Origin: a virus
Taxonomy: Duplodnaviria; Caudoviricetes
DNA: 64,000 nt
Reading direction: 5' to 3' (one strand)
IMG/VR virus record: IMGVR_UViG_2711768162_000009
Span: 32,001-96,000 of that record
In this document: positions 27,867 through 38,597 of the stretch, in pieces
How positions within the stretch are numbered: position 1 is the stretch's first letter
Layout: the number at the start of each line of letters is the position of its first letter
Position numbers and translations under genes: made by a program
Notes under the pieces: model-generated
What the model was told of the DNA's origin: nothing
Database searches by the model: none
Seen by the model: the letters and a program-made list of their open reading frames with translations, nothing else

Positions 27867-30800
27867 TATTTCGGTAGTGCTGACCCTTGATGATCAGGAG
27901 TTCACGGTCGGCATCAAGAATGCCGGCGCCCTCCTGAAGCAGTTCAAGGGGCAGACGCAGAAGACCGCACAAGGGGTCGAATCACTCGACACCTCTATCG
28001 AAGGGCTAATGGGTAAGACGCGAGACCTGACGGTAATCCTCGCGACTGCCCACGCGGCCCTTCAGACCGTCTACAGCGCTACCCTGGGCTGGCAGAAGGC
28101 CATCATGGACGCCGCGGGCGAAATTGAACGCCTCGAAGTCATGATGCGCGGCATGTCTACGGCCACTACCCAGGCTGAGCGTGACCTGGAGGCAATGGCG
28201 GCCTCCAAGTTCATCACCGACTTTGCCCAGAACGCCCCCTTCCGTATGGAGGCGTTAACCGACACCTTCGTCAAGTTCAAGACTGTCGGTATCGACCCCA
28301 CTCAAGGCAGCATGAAAGCGCTGACCGATGCAGTGGCGGCCTTCGGGGGCAACTCAGAAATTCTGCATCGTGCCTCTATCGCCATCCAGCAGATGGTTGG
28401 TAAGGGCGTAGTGTCGATGGAAGAGCTGCGGCAACAGCTCGGTGAAGCAGTGCCCTCAGCCATGCAGATCATGGCTCGCTCGATGCGAATGTCCGTCTCC
28501 GAGCTGGTTGGTGCAATCGAATCCGGCACCGTCGAGTCCACTTCCGCCATCAACAAGATGCTGGCCGACATGGCCATTTCTTTCGATGGTGCCGGCATCA
28601 GCATGATGACGACCTGGCAAGGCATTCTTCAGTCCCTGGAGACCCGCTGGAAGCTGTTCTTGAAGGAGATCGCCGGCAGCACCGAGCCAGGCGAAAACAG
28701 CTTCTTCAACACAGCCAAAGGCATGGCGGACGAGCTGTCACAGTGGCTCATGAGTTCCGAGGCCAAGCAGGCGGCTCGCGAGTTGAGCGAGGTGTTCTAC
28801 ACGATGGCTGAGGCCATCAAGACAACCTCTATCGCGCTGTTTGAGAACCGCGAAGCCATCATGAGCGTGCTGAAGGTCTTCGCCACCTGGTATGTCCTAT
28901 CGCGGGCTACTCGTCTGGTCGTGAGCCTGACCTCATCACTGAACAACATGGTCACCACCATGGGCGGTGCCAAGCAGGCATTGCAGTCCTACCGGGACAA
29001 CATGGATCGCGCTCGTCAGACCCTGATGCAGTTTGAGGGGCAAGTCGCGTCAGCCACATCACGCAAGCAGGCCAATGCTATGGCTGCTCGCACTCTGGCA
29101 ACGTCCGTAGGTCGAGTCGGGATGGCTTTTGCTGCTCTTGCCGGTCCTATCGGCATGGCGGTATCTGCCCTTCTGACCGTCGGCTCGATCCTGTCTGAGA
29201 TTCGCACGGACACTGACGAGCTGACCGAATCCATTCTCCGCACCAATGGCCTTCTGGCGACCCAGGGCGACCTGGACACCTTGCGGGAGCGCAAGAAAGC
29301 GCTCGAGGGCAACATTGCACGCCAGAACGAGCTGTTGGAAGGCGCCCAGAACGCGACGACCGGCATCTTCGGCATGTCCGAGGAAGACAAGGCTCGAGAC
29401 ATTGCCAAGGCCCGAGCCGGGCTGGAAGCGCAGTTGGCTGAGATCGAGCAAGTCAATGCGGCCATCGAAACAGCGGTCGAAGGTCTGTCTGTCCAGGCTT
29501 CTGAGCGTGCAGCGTCCAGCATTCAGCGAGTCATGACCGAGAGGACTCGCCAGATTTCTTCCGTGTTTCGGCAGACCCAGCAAGAGATCGCTGAAGACCT
29601 CAAAAACGCCAATGGCGATGCCGGCAAAATGCAGGAGATCACGGAGCGCGCCCTGGCCGCGAACGAGCAGGCCCTTCAGTCCAAGCTGGACCTCTTCGGC
29701 GATATGCGTCAGAAGGCCCAGCAGGAGCTGCAAAGCCTGGCCTCTGCCGAAGACGAGCTGAGCGCTCGCCGCCGTGCCGAGCTGGAAACCGAGCTGTCGA
29801 TCATCAGTGACTTCGAGATCAATGCCAGGGAAGCCGCCGAGCGCTATGCGGAAGCCTATACCTCGGTCAATGAGTTCGTGGAGAAGCCCTCCACCTCTAC
29901 CGCCAAGGTGCCGCAGGTCGTCAAAGACTCCCAGCGCGCCCTGGCGCAAATGAGTCGGCTCGTTGACGGCTTCAGCATCAAGCTCGAACAGGCTCGAGGC
30001 AAAGCGTCCGAAACCAACCCGCATCTCGAAGGGCTCATCGAGCGCATTCGTCAACTCCGCGAAACCATCCGGCCGGAAGAAACCAACGCCTTCGACCAGT
30101 TCGCCCAGCAGGCCATCGACAAGGCGGAAGAGCTGTATCAGGTAGAGCAGAAGACCCGCTACGAGAAGCAGGGCCAGCAAGCCCTCATGCAAGTGCTCAG
30201 TCGCACCGCTTCCTCCCTTCAGGACACCGAAGAAGGTCGGCTGATGCGTATGCGCGTCCAGAAGGCCGAGCTTTCCCAGCAAGTCGAGAAGTATCAAGAG
30301 CTGATCGAGAAGATGCGCGAGTTCGGCGTCGAGCAGGCCGAAATCCAGCAGTTCTCAGACGCTCTCGCCCAATACCAGACCGCTGCCATGGACGAGATCG
30401 TCCGCGAGAACGGCTCTGCCTGGGACCAGCTTATCGCCGACATGGATAACACCAGTCAGGAGTGGGTGGGCGTATGGCAGAGCGGCATGGATCAAGCCAT
30501 GGATTCGATGGTCAGCTTCGTGAAGGAAGGGAAGCTGAACTTCTCGGACCTGGTAGACCATGTGCTCGAAGAGATTCTTCGAATGCAGCTCAAGCAGTCC
30601 GTGACCAAACCGCTCAATCAGCTCATGAATACCGGCATCCAAGCCCTATCGACCTACATGGGCGGCGGGGCCGGTGCCACCAGCTACGGCGGGTTGTTCG
30701 GCGGGTCTCTCCAGACGACCGCCAGTGCGAACGGCAACGTCATGACAGAGTTCGGCCCGGCTCAACTCAACCGCTATGCCAATGGCGGCATCGCTCGCAG

Positions 30801-31065
30801 CCCGCAAGTGTCGCTCTTCGGCGAGGGCTCTCGCCCAGAAGCCTACGTGCCGCTGCCTGACGGCCGGACTATCCCCGTCACCATGCAGGGAGGCCAGCAG
30901 GCGCCAAACATCATGTTCAATGTCGTCAACCAATCAGGGCAGGACGTCGAGGCCCAGCAGCAAGGGGGCCGATTCGATGGCGAAACCTACGTGCTGGATG
31001 TGGTGCTCAAGGCCGCCAACCGCCCTGGCAACTTCCGTGATGGACTCAAAGGGGCTCTTGCCTGA
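27853..31065 (+). CDS. Tape measure protein
   Basis: About 1070-aa helical protein; SMEELRQQLGEAVP; C-terminal ANGG...GEGSRPEAYVPL. Confidence 0.93.
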   Translation: MDRDDISVVLTLDDQEFTVGIKNAGALLKQFKGQTQKTAQGVESLDTSIEGLMGKTRDLTVILATAHAALQTVYSATLGWQKAIMDAAGEIERLEVMMRGMSTATTQAERDLEAMAASKFITDFAQNAPFRMEALTDTFVKFKTVGIDPTQGSMKALTDAVAAFGGNSEILHRASIAIQQMVGKGVVSMEELRQQLGEAVPSAMQIMARSMRMSVSELVGAIESGTVESTSAINKMLADMAISFDGAGISMMTTWQGILQSLETRWKLFLKEIAGSTEPGENSFFNTAKGMADELSQWLMSSEAKQAARELSEVFYTMAEAIKTTSIALFENREAIMSVLKVFATWYVLSRATRLVVSLTSSLNNMVTTMGGAKQALQSYRDNMDRARQTLMQFEGQVASATSRKQANAMAARTLATSVGRVGMAFAALAGPIGMAVSALLTVGSILSEIRTDTDELTESILRTNGLLATQGDLDTLRERKKALEGNIARQNELLEGAQNATTGIFGMSEEDKARDIAKARAGLEAQLAEIEQVNAAIETAVEGLSVQASERAASSIQRVMTERTRQISSVFRQTQQEIAEDLKNANGDAGKMQEITERALAANEQALQSKLDLFGDMRQKAQQELQSLASAEDELSARRRAELETELSIISDFEINAREAAERYAEAYTSVNEFVEKPSTSTAKVPQVVKDSQRALAQMSRLVDGFSIKLEQARGKASETNPHLEGLIERIRQLRETIRPEETNAFDQFAQQAIDKAEELYQVEQKTRYEKQGQQALMQVLSRTASSLQDTEEGRLMRMRVQKAELSQQVEKYQELIEKMREFGVEQAEIQQFSDALAQYQTAAMDEIVRENGSAWDQLIADMDNTSQEWVGVWQSGMDQAMDSMVSFVKEGKLNFSDLVDHVLEEILRMQLKQSVTKPLNQLMNTGIQALSTYMGGGAGATSYGGLFGGSLQTTASANGNVMTEFGPAQLNRYANGGIARSPQVSLFGEGSRPEAYVPLPDGRTIPVTMQGGQQAPNIMFNVVNQSGQDVEAQQQGGRFDGETYVLDVVLKAANRPGNFRDGLKGALA

Positions 31066-31445
31066 TGGAATACTTGACCATGCCCAACTTTGGGCTCAAC
31101 GACGCCACCACCAAAGAGGACTCTTCAAAGTTCTCCGAGACCACTGAGAGCAACGCTGTCGAGCAGAAATCCGAAGGCGGGTATTCGATTACCCGCCCCC
31201 GCTTCAAGCAGAGGCGCCGGCGCATCTTTTCGACGGCGTTCACCAACCTCACTGAAGACCAGAAGAACGAGCTGCAAGCCTTCGAAGAGTCGATGGGCGG
31301 CGTCATCAGCCCGTTCTACTACCGGCACCCCCAGACCAATGAGCTTCATCTGGTTCAGTTCAAAGAGCCGCTGAAGTTCACTTACAGGGGAATGGGGCCG
31401 ACCCGTCGGTGGGACGTCGATAGCATCAAGCTGAGGGAGGTCTGA
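31065..31445 (+). CDS. Distal tail protein (lambda gpM-like)
   Basis: Position after the tape measure gene; PFYYRHP. Confidence 0.7.
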   Translation: MEYLTMPNFGLNDATTKEDSSKFSETTESNAVEQKSEGGYSITRPRFKQRRRRIFSTAFTNLTEDQKNELQAFEESMGGVISPFYYRHPQTNELHLVQFKEPLKFTYRGMGPTRRWDVDSIKLREV

Positions 31446-31446
31446 T

Positions 31447-32073
31447 ATGGCGATGCATCACTCGATCGCTACCGTGATCGACTCACACCGGATCGCATCT
31501 CTAAACGCCTTCGTGCCAATGCTGGTCGTGGAAGTTATCGACCACCGCACGGGTGAAGTGGTGGATACGCTGAGGGTCTGCCGAAATGGCAACGAGGACA
31601 TTACTTACCAGGGTCAGCTCTATGCCACCACGGACTTCGACCTCACGGAGACCAATGAGGTGGATCGCCCTTCCGAGGTGACGCTCTCGTTCTTCGACCG
31701 CACTGGTGTCGTGACTCGCTACATGCAGATGTATCGCGGCGGCGTTGGCTTCAAGGTCCGCCTGTTCTTCCTGAACACCGGCAACATGGATCAGCCGCCC
31801 GAGTTCGAGACGACCTACACTGTGCGGACCTCAAGCGCGGACACCAGCTCCTATCGGGTGAGCTTCACCCTGGGTATGGAAAACCCTTTGGCCTTGCGCG
31901 TGCCTCGGAGAACCCAGCGCAAAGACCGTTGCCAGTGGCGTTACAAGGGGCCGGAGTGCCGATACACCGGCAGCCTACGCACCTGTGACTACTCGCTCCA
32001 GGGACCAAATGGCTGCGCCGCTCATCACAACGAAGAGAACTTCGGCGCATTCCCCGGCATTAACCCGGCCTGA
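31447..32073 (+). CDS. Minor tail protein L-like
   Basis: C-terminal CQWRYKGPECRY...C...C...FGAFPG Fe-S motif. Confidence 0.85.
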   Translation: MAMHHSIATVIDSHRIASLNAFVPMLVVEVIDHRTGEVVDTLRVCRNGNEDITYQGQLYATTDFDLTETNEVDRPSEVTLSFFDRTGVVTRYMQMYRGGVGFKVRLFFLNTGNMDQPPEFETTYTVRTSSADTSSYRVSFTLGMENPLALRVPRRTQRKDRCQWRYKGPECRYTGSLRTCDYSLQGPNGCAAHHNEENFGAFPGINPA

Positions 32074-32085
32074 TATACTAAGTAA

Positions 32086-32544
32086 ATGGTTACTTACACT
32101 GATCTATTGAACGCACGCTTCCAATACAACGCTCGTGGCGAGAACAACCGCTACGACTGTTACGGGCTTTGCATGGAAGTGTCCCGGCGAATGGGCAGAG
32201 AGCTACCTGAAATCCTCACACCCCGCGGCTTCCTGAATATGCAGGAGCTGCTGGTAGAGGAAACCGAGAACGGTGTCAGGTGGCGGCCAATCCCGCCCTC
32301 CGAGGGCGAATGGGGAGTGATCCAGGGTCAGCCAAGGGTTGGCCCTCCCCTCGACTACGGCATCAAAGAGGGGGCGATTGCCTACTTCCGCGTCAAGGGT
32401 CTCTTGGCGCATGTCGGCATCGTGGTGGCACCCGACACCTTCATTCACGCCTGGGAGCAGACTGGGGGCGTGTGCGTCGAGAGATTGACCCTGTGGAAAT
32501 CCCGTTTGGTGGGCCTGTATGAGCACAAAGCTGATCCCTGTTGA
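32086..32544 (+). CDS. NlpC/P60 tail assembly protein (gpK-like)
   Basis: YDCYGL, HVGI, FIHA. Confidence 0.85.
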   Translation: MVTYTDLLNARFQYNARGENNRYDCYGLCMEVSRRMGRELPEILTPRGFLNMQELLVEETENGVRWRPIPPSEGEWGVIQGQPRVGPPLDYGIKEGAIAYFRVKGLLAHVGIVVAPDTFIHAWEQTGGVCVERLTLWKSRLVGLYEHKADPC

Positions 32545-35500
32545 GGCGATCGAGGAAGAGAAGTTCGTCAACCTCCTGGTCGTCTACAACGCCCTGAACA
32601 TGACGGATCGCCAAGAGGCGAAGCTGTCGTATCAACGTGGCAAAAGCCTCGAGCAGTTTCTTGAAGGGCTGCCTGAGCCTGAGCTTTGGTCGATCTGCGT
32701 CAACGCCGAACCCTATGCCCCGGATGAGTGGCGTTCGGTCTACCCGCAGCCCAACGACTACATCACTGTCATCCCCATTCCCTACGGGGGCGGCGACAGC
32801 AAAGGCGTCCTTCGTATCGTCGCAATGGTAGCGATCGCCATTGTGGCTCCCTACGCGGGCGGAGCTATGGCTGCTGCTATGGGCGGCACGGCGACCGGAG
32901 CCCTGGCAACCGGTCTGACGGCAGCCTTTACCGTTGTGGGCGGTATGTTGGTCAACTCCATCCTCCCGCCGCCTACCGCGTCGTCCAACAACAAGACCGA
33001 CCTGGCCGAGTCGTCCACCTACGGCATCGACGGCGCCAAGAATACCCAAACCGAAGACACCATCGTTCCGCTGATCTATGGCGAATATCGCTACTTCGGT
33101 AACTACGTGAACGTGAAGAGCGAGAATCGGGGCAACACCCAGATGATCTACGCTCAGTCCGTGGTGTCAGAAGGCCCCATCGAGTCGATCACTGACTTTC
33201 AGATCGAAGAGCAGCCAGCCTCCAACTACGATGACGTCAGCACCGTCGTTCGACTGGGAGACAGCACCCAAGCCCCCACCGGCTGGTTTGCCTCTACTGT
33301 TGAGATGCAGAACAAGGGCATCACCCTCTCCACCAACTGGACCGAGCACACCACTGTTGGCGAGATCGACGGCTTCCGGATGGACTACGTGCTCCCGCAA
33401 GGTCTGAGCAACATTGATGACAAGGATGGCGATCGCGAGCATCGCTCGGTCACCATCGAGATCCAATACCGCAAAGAAGGTGAATCGACCTGGAAGAGCG
33501 TCTTTCCCTCGCAATACCGGGAATTCACTGGCAGTCGGCTACCCGCTGGCTCCACCGCCCTTCGCGTCGAATACAGCCAGAACTTCCGTGGCACTACCCC
33601 ACGCAAGATCACCGGCAAGCTGTATGTGCGCGTTGCCGGCGGCTCGTGGCAGCTCAAGGAGACCATTTCCCGCACCCTGCCCATGTCTAGCGGCTATGGG
33701 CATCTTGGGGGCGTGTCCTATGTCGCCCTCTCCGACACCAGCACCTGGGACTACAAAATTGAGTGGTCAGGCGCGAGCCCAACGGTCACAGCATCCGCTC
33801 GCTACCAGTTGAGCCCGACTATCCGTGAGCGAACCAGTCAGCCCCTTCGCCGCTCCTTCGAGTCAGGCGTGCTGCCAGAAGGTCGCTACTTGATCCGAAC
33901 CCGCCGGACCAACAACGAGGCAAAGTCTGACTACGCCTACGACAAGGTGGTGCTGTCCGATGTGGCGGAGATCATCAGCGAGCGCGTTCGGTATAACTAC
34001 ACGGCGTTCTTCGGAGTGCGGGTCAAGCTGACCGACCAGCTTTCCAACCTCCCGAAGATGAGTGCCAAGATCAAGGGCATCAAGGTGCCTCACTACGACG
34101 TGGCCGGCCGCCTGGTGAAGCGCGCATGGTCAGCCAATCCGGCCTGGATCACTGCCGACCTTCTGACGAACACCCGCTATGGCGCTGGGCTGCCGGCCTC
34201 TCGCCTGGACATGCCAAAGTTCGTGGAGTGGGCCGCGTTCTGTGATCAGAAGAAGTATTACTTCAACGGGGTGCTCGACACGTTCTCCAACGTCTGGGAT
34301 GCCTGCCAGAAAGTGCTTCGCGTCGGTCACGCCCGCTTCACTTCGATTGGCAACATCCTGAGTTTGGCGATCTACAAGCCCGCTCAACCGATGATGATGT
34401 TTGGCACCGGCAACATCCTCGAAGGGTCGCTGTCGCTGAGCTGGCAGTCCATTGAGGACCGATCCAACGAGTTCGAGATTGAGTTCTACGACCGCGAGAA
34501 CGCCAACAAGCAAAGCACCGTGCGGGTAGCCGACGAAGAGGCTTTGGCGCGTGGTGAGGTCCAGCGAATCTCCACCACCCGAATGATCGGTATCGACAAC
34601 CAGAAGCAGGCGCTTCACGAGGCCCACTTCCAGAAGGCGCTGAACCAGGCACTCGTCATGTCGGGTAAGTTCGATGCAAGTATCGAGTCGATTGCCTGTG
34701 GCGTTGGTGACGTAGTGCTGCTTCAGCACGACATGCCTGAGTGGGGTGAGTCTGGTCGTCTGCGTCCTGGGTCCACCCGCTCCGAGGTCATCGTGGATAG
34801 GCCGCTGACTATCGCGAGCGAACCAGAGGCTCATTCGCTCATGGTGATCCACCCGGCCATCAAGCGCGCCGAGGGCACGGTAGGCTCGGTAAACGGGTCC
34901 ACCATCTTCATCAGTGCCGGCGGCACGAGCCACAAGTTCAAGCGAGTGAAGGTGGCCGGCAAAGACATTCGCGTCATCGACGCCTCTCCGTCTGGAGCCT
35001 ATATCGAGACGGTCCTCGAGACGACCGCCGGCATCTCAAGCGGCGATACGATAGAGCTGTGGGACGTCAACGTGATCGAATCGCGTCGCATCAGCGCCTA
35101 CGATTCCGACGCCAGCACGGTGACGCTCGCCGGTCCTCTGTCTGTCGATCCCATGGATTTCGCCAACTACATGATCGGCATCACCGATGCTGAGGCGAAG
35201 CCCGTGACCATCACCGGCATCAACGGCTCCGGTGACTACAAGCGAACCATCAGCTTCGTGGAATACAACGAGACAATCTTCACCCCGGAGAACGTCGAAG
35301 AAACACCCATCTACACCAAGCCGGTGACAGGTGTTCAGCACGTTCGCGACCTGCTCGTGAGAGAAGAGCTGACCATCCGAGGCGGTGGGATCGAAACCGA
35401 CATCCTGGTGGCCTGGACGCCTCCGGCAGATGGTAACTACGCCGGTGCACACGTCTACCTGTCACGCAACAACTCCAGCATGGTCAAGGTCGGTTCGGCA

Positions 35501-36970
35501 TTTGCAGGAGCCACCAGCTATACCACAACGGGCCGTATCGGAGATGACCTCACGTTCAAGGTTGTCGCCTACGACGGCGCAGGGCGCAGTGCCAACTTCG
35601 ATACCGCTCCGACCTGGATGCATCTCGTCGAGGGCGCATCGGCACCGCCCAAGCAAGTGACCAACTTCAAGGTCGAGAAGGGCCTTGGCGGCATCGAGTT
35701 TACCTGGGACCGCTCGACCGAAATCGACGTCACCGGATTCGAGATTCGCGAGGGCGTCAGTTGGGGTGCGGGCGTCGCGATTGTCGAGGACTACTCGGGC
35801 AACCGCTTCTTTACCACCAAGAAGCAAGGCGGTCTCTACACCTACCACATCAAGGCCACGGACGCCCTGGGCAACCAATCCGACGAGGCGGCAACCGCAG
35901 TGCTGATGCTGCCGGCTCCCTCTATCGTCGTCGGGTTCGCGTCGGTGCAGAACGGCGATCAGCTTGTCCTTCAGTGGCGCAAGAACCCTGAGATCGACGT
36001 GGTGGGCTATGAAGTTCGTCAGGGGTCGAGCTGGGCCAACTCGAAGCACGTCGCCTATGTGTCCGGCACGTCCCTGACGATTCCTGCCGGCGCCTCGGCT
36101 ACCGAGTCGTATCTGATCAAGGCATATGACTCCGCAGGGGTGGAATCGGTCGCCGCGGCTCGCGTGGATCAGGCGGTATTCAGGAGCCAGACCTACAACG
36201 CCATCTTCTCGCTGGACGCTACCGATCTGGACTACCCCGGCCACTACATCAATCTGACTCAGGTAGGAGGCCGCCTGGAAGGTGCAGGCTCAGGCGAATT
36301 CTTCGAATACCTCCAGCCCATCGAGATGCCTAAGCGCTTCAATGCGACGCTGACCACTCAAGAGATCGTCGCAATCAAGTCCACGGCATCCCGCACCTGG
36401 AAAGACATGAACTTCCCCTGGTTCTCGTCCCAGGCCAAGACCCCCTGGTTTCCAACCGAGGAAAGTGACGATCTGGTGCTGGATAAGCAATTGACGCTTT
36501 ACACCGGCCCGAGCGCGATCGACCAGTGTGCGTGGACCCTGGAGGACGCAAGCTCATCCCCGGCCTACGGAACTGGCTCTCTAACAGCCAGCAACGTGTC
36601 TCAGAGCGTCGGTCGCTTCGGATATGGGCAACGAGTCACTTCAGGCTCTTCCGTCCTCGAGGCGAGCGTTCAGGGCGAAATTGCATCGTGGTGGGTGAAG
36701 TATGAAGCTGGTGACGAGCTGGGCCGACTGGTGGGTGAGTCAGGAAGTGCCACCATCCGAGTTACTGACGGCGCCCTGCGTCTCGAGTCAGGCCAAACTG
36801 CTCTTCAACCGACAGAACTGACACTGAAGGCCGGCCATCACTACTTCGTCGTCGGCGCGGTCGTGGGAGGCCGAGTCAAGGCGTTCGTGGCCTGCCTTGA
36901 GACCGAAGTGACTGTTGAAGTGGTGCTGGAGCAGGACATTGGCGCCTTGAGCGCTGTAAAACTTGCCTGA
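32519..36970 (+). CDS. Tail tip/central fibre protein (gpI-gpJ-like fusion) with FN3 repeats
   Basis: VPLIYGE, SEGPIE, WSANPAW, GDVVLLQHD; repeated FEIREG/YEVRQG FN3 units. Confidence 0.9.
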   Translation: MSTKLIPVEAIEEEKFVNLLVVYNALNMTDRQEAKLSYQRGKSLEQFLEGLPEPELWSICVNAEPYAPDEWRSVYPQPNDYITVIPIPYGGGDSKGVLRIVAMVAIAIVAPYAGGAMAAAMGGTATGALATGLTAAFTVVGGMLVNSILPPPTASSNNKTDLAESSTYGIDGAKNTQTEDTIVPLIYGEYRYFGNYVNVKSENRGNTQMIYAQSVVSEGPIESITDFQIEEQPASNYDDVSTVVRLGDSTQAPTGWFASTVEMQNKGITLSTNWTEHTTVGEIDGFRMDYVLPQGLSNIDDKDGDREHRSVTIEIQYRKEGESTWKSVFPSQYREFTGSRLPAGSTALRVEYSQNFRGTTPRKITGKLYVRVAGGSWQLKETISRTLPMSSGYGHLGGVSYVALSDTSTWDYKIEWSGASPTVTASARYQLSPTIRERTSQPLRRSFESGVLPEGRYLIRTRRTNNEAKSDYAYDKVVLSDVAEIISERVRYNYTAFFGVRVKLTDQLSNLPKMSAKIKGIKVPHYDVAGRLVKRAWSANPAWITADLLTNTRYGAGLPASRLDMPKFVEWAAFCDQKKYYFNGVLDTFSNVWDACQKVLRVGHARFTSIGNILSLAIYKPAQPMMMFGTGNILEGSLSLSWQSIEDRSNEFEIEFYDRENANKQSTVRVADEEALARGEVQRISTTRMIGIDNQKQALHEAHFQKALNQALVMSGKFDASIESIACGVGDVVLLQHDMPEWGESGRLRPGSTRSEVIVDRPLTIASEPEAHSLMVIHPAIKRAEGTVGSVNGSTIFISAGGTSHKFKRVKVAGKDIRVIDASPSGAYIETVLETTAGISSGDTIELWDVNVIESRRISAYDSDASTVTLAGPLSVDPMDFANYMIGITDAEAKPVTITGINGSGDYKRTISFVEYNETIFTPENVEETPIYTKPVTGVQHVRDLLVREELTIRGGGIETDILVAWTPPADGNYAGAHVYLSRNNSSMVKVGSAFAGATSYTTTGRIGDDLTFKVVAYDGAGRSANFDTAPTWMHLVEGASAPPKQVTNFKVEKGLGGIEFTWDRSTEIDVTGFEIREGVSWGAGVAIVEDYSGNRFFTTKKQGGLYTYHIKATDALGNQSDEAATAVLMLPAPSIVVGFASVQNGDQLVLQWRKNPEIDVVGYEVRQGSSWANSKHVAYVSGTSLTIPAGASATESYLIKAYDSAGVESVAAARVDQAVFRSQTYNAIFSLDATDLDYPGHYINLTQVGGRLEGAGSGEFFEYLQPIEMPKRFNATLTTQEIVAIKSTASRTWKDMNFPWFSSQAKTPWFPTEESDDLVLDKQLTLYTGPSAIDQCAWTLEDASSSPAYGTGSLTASNVSQSVGRFGYGQRVTSGSSVLEASVQGEIASWWVKYEAGDELGRLVGESGSATIRVTDGALRLESGQTALQPTELTLKAGHHYFVVGAVVGGRVKAFVACLETEVTVEVVLEQDIGALSAVKLA

Positions 36971-37003
36971 TATACTAAGTAACCACTTACTTAGGATGCG
37001 GAC

Positions 37004-37465
37004 ATGAACCTGACAGGAGTGATTTCGGACCTGAAGGTCATGACCGGAAGCGCTTTGCCAAGCTCGAACGCTCTTCAAAACATGTTCGAGTCAAGCGCAC
37101 CGCCGGGGTATGACGGGTTTCGGCCCTACATCCCCGGCTACTACGACTTCCAGAAAGCCATTTTCCGCCACGCCGTCCGGGCCAAGACAGGAACGCCAAT
37201 TCTGTCTGGCCTGGAATTCACAGCTGATATGCCGGATGTGGTGGACAGAGGCCAGGCAAGCGTAGAAGCCGGTCAGCTCAAGCAGGTCTATTTCGGCAAG
37301 CGATTCACCGTCCCGCCAGAGATCGGTCACACCGTCATCGCTGCAAACGAGTATTGCACCGTGCGTCTGAACGAGATCAATGAAACGGGATTCATCTTCC
37401 ACATGGTCAATGCCGCCAACGAGAAGGTTGCCGGCACGATCTCTTGGAGCGCTACAGGTTACTAG
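37004..37465 (+). CDS. Tail-associated protein
   Basis: 153 aa; VYFGKRFTVPP...GF...ISWSATGY fibre/lectin-like terminus. Confidence 0.65.
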   Translation: MNLTGVISDLKVMTGSALPSSNALQNMFESSAPPGYDGFRPYIPGYYDFQKAIFRHAVRAKTGTPILSGLEFTADMPDVVDRGQASVEAGQLKQVYFGKRFTVPPEIGHTVIAANEYCTVRLNEINETGFIFHMVNAANEKVAGTISWSATGY

Positions 37466-37468
37466 ACC

Positions 37469-38341
37469 ATGCAAAGATATACGGACATTGATGAAAACAC
37501 GGAGGTCGAGGACAGCCGCCAGCTTCTGCTGGACAACGACATGACCTCGATTACCAACAACTCGGGCGTCTCGTTTCCTGCCTACGCAGAGGCCGGGACG
37601 GCGTGCTATCGACTCGACCACGACCGGCTCTACATCAAGCGGGTCAACGGCGAGTGGCGAATGATTGCAGACGCTGCGCAAACAGCTCTGACGCGGGAGG
37701 AAGCTGACCAGCGCTACTCCGACATTAACCACAACCACGATACGGCCTACGCTCCACGCCAGAGCCCGAATCGACCTGGCATCACGAAGCTGTATCGCAG
37801 TGACGCCGACTCCGGCTACAACGTCCAAACGACCTGGACCGGCACCTACTGGAAGCTCTACGGCTACAACGGCGACTCGGCACATGCCGGGTGCTTGGTC
37901 GACCGGGCTAACTCCGCCAGTTCCGCCGACAACGCCTCGAAGCTGAACGGCCTGTCTGCTGGCAACTACCTGCGCAGTAACACCAACTCGACCTTCACTG
38001 CCTCGCTGACGGTCAACGGCAACTTGACGGTCAAGAGCAGCCTGACGGTTTCTCGCGACATCACCTCATCCTCGGATGCCCGCCTTAAGCGGGACATTGC
38101 CACCCTCGAGGACGCCACGCAGAAAGTGAAACAGCTCCGTGGCGTCAGCTACGTGATGAAAAGCTCAGGCGAGAAAGGCATTGGCTTCGTCGCCCAGGAG
38201 CTTCAAAAGGTAGTCCCCGACGTGGTGCGCATCGGTGAAGACAAAAAGCTCTCCGTTGCCTACGGCAACATCACTGCCCTGCTGACCGAGGCGTTGAAAG
38301 ACGTCATTTCGCGTATCGAGAAGCTGGAGGCTGCGGCATGA
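37469..38341 (+). CDS. Tail fibre with C-terminal peptidase S74 intramolecular chaperone
   Basis: SSDARLKRDI, LRGVSY, GFVAQEL, terminal coiled coil. Confidence 0.9.
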   Translation: MQRYTDIDENTEVEDSRQLLLDNDMTSITNNSGVSFPAYAEAGTACYRLDHDRLYIKRVNGEWRMIADAAQTALTREEADQRYSDINHNHDTAYAPRQSPNRPGITKLYRSDADSGYNVQTTWTGTYWKLYGYNGDSAHAGCLVDRANSASSADNASKLNGLSAGNYLRSNTNSTFTASLTVNGNLTVKSSLTVSRDITSSSDARLKRDIATLEDATQKVKQLRGVSYVMKSSGEKGIGFVAQELQKVVPDVVRIGEDKKLSVAYGNITALLTEALKDVISRIEKLEAAA

Positions 38342-38589
38342 GCTACAAGATCGGCGGCACGACCGTCATCGACAACAACGGCGAGATCGACTGGGGCCGC
38401 CTCAAAAACATCAAGGCGGTGATGGGGTCTTCGAGCAACTACACCAAGACCCATAACTGTGGTGACAAGCTGACAAGCATTAGCGGTCCCAAGCTGGAGC
38501 GAACCGGCAACAACCTTCGCATTCGCTACGACAGGTATTACGGCGACTGCAATTGCAACTGTAACTGCAACTGCCTGTGCCGAGACTGA
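38338..38589 (+). CDS. Small fibre-associated protein with C-terminal CNCNCNCNCLCRD; putative radical SAM substrate
   Basis: 83 aa, ATGA-coupled to the S74 fibre gene, directly upstream of the rSAM cluster. Confidence 0.85.
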   Translation: MSYKIGGTTVIDNNGEIDWGRLKNIKAVMGSSSNYTKTHNCGDKLTSISGPKLERTGNNLRIRYDRYYGDCNCNCNCNCLCRD

Positions 38590-38597
38590 GGTGACGC

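Noticed and set aside
22070-30297. Long minus-strand ORFs (22070-23158, 25419-26735, 29059-30297)
   Set aside because: Antisense shadows of well-supported structural genes, expected with high GC3 codon bias.
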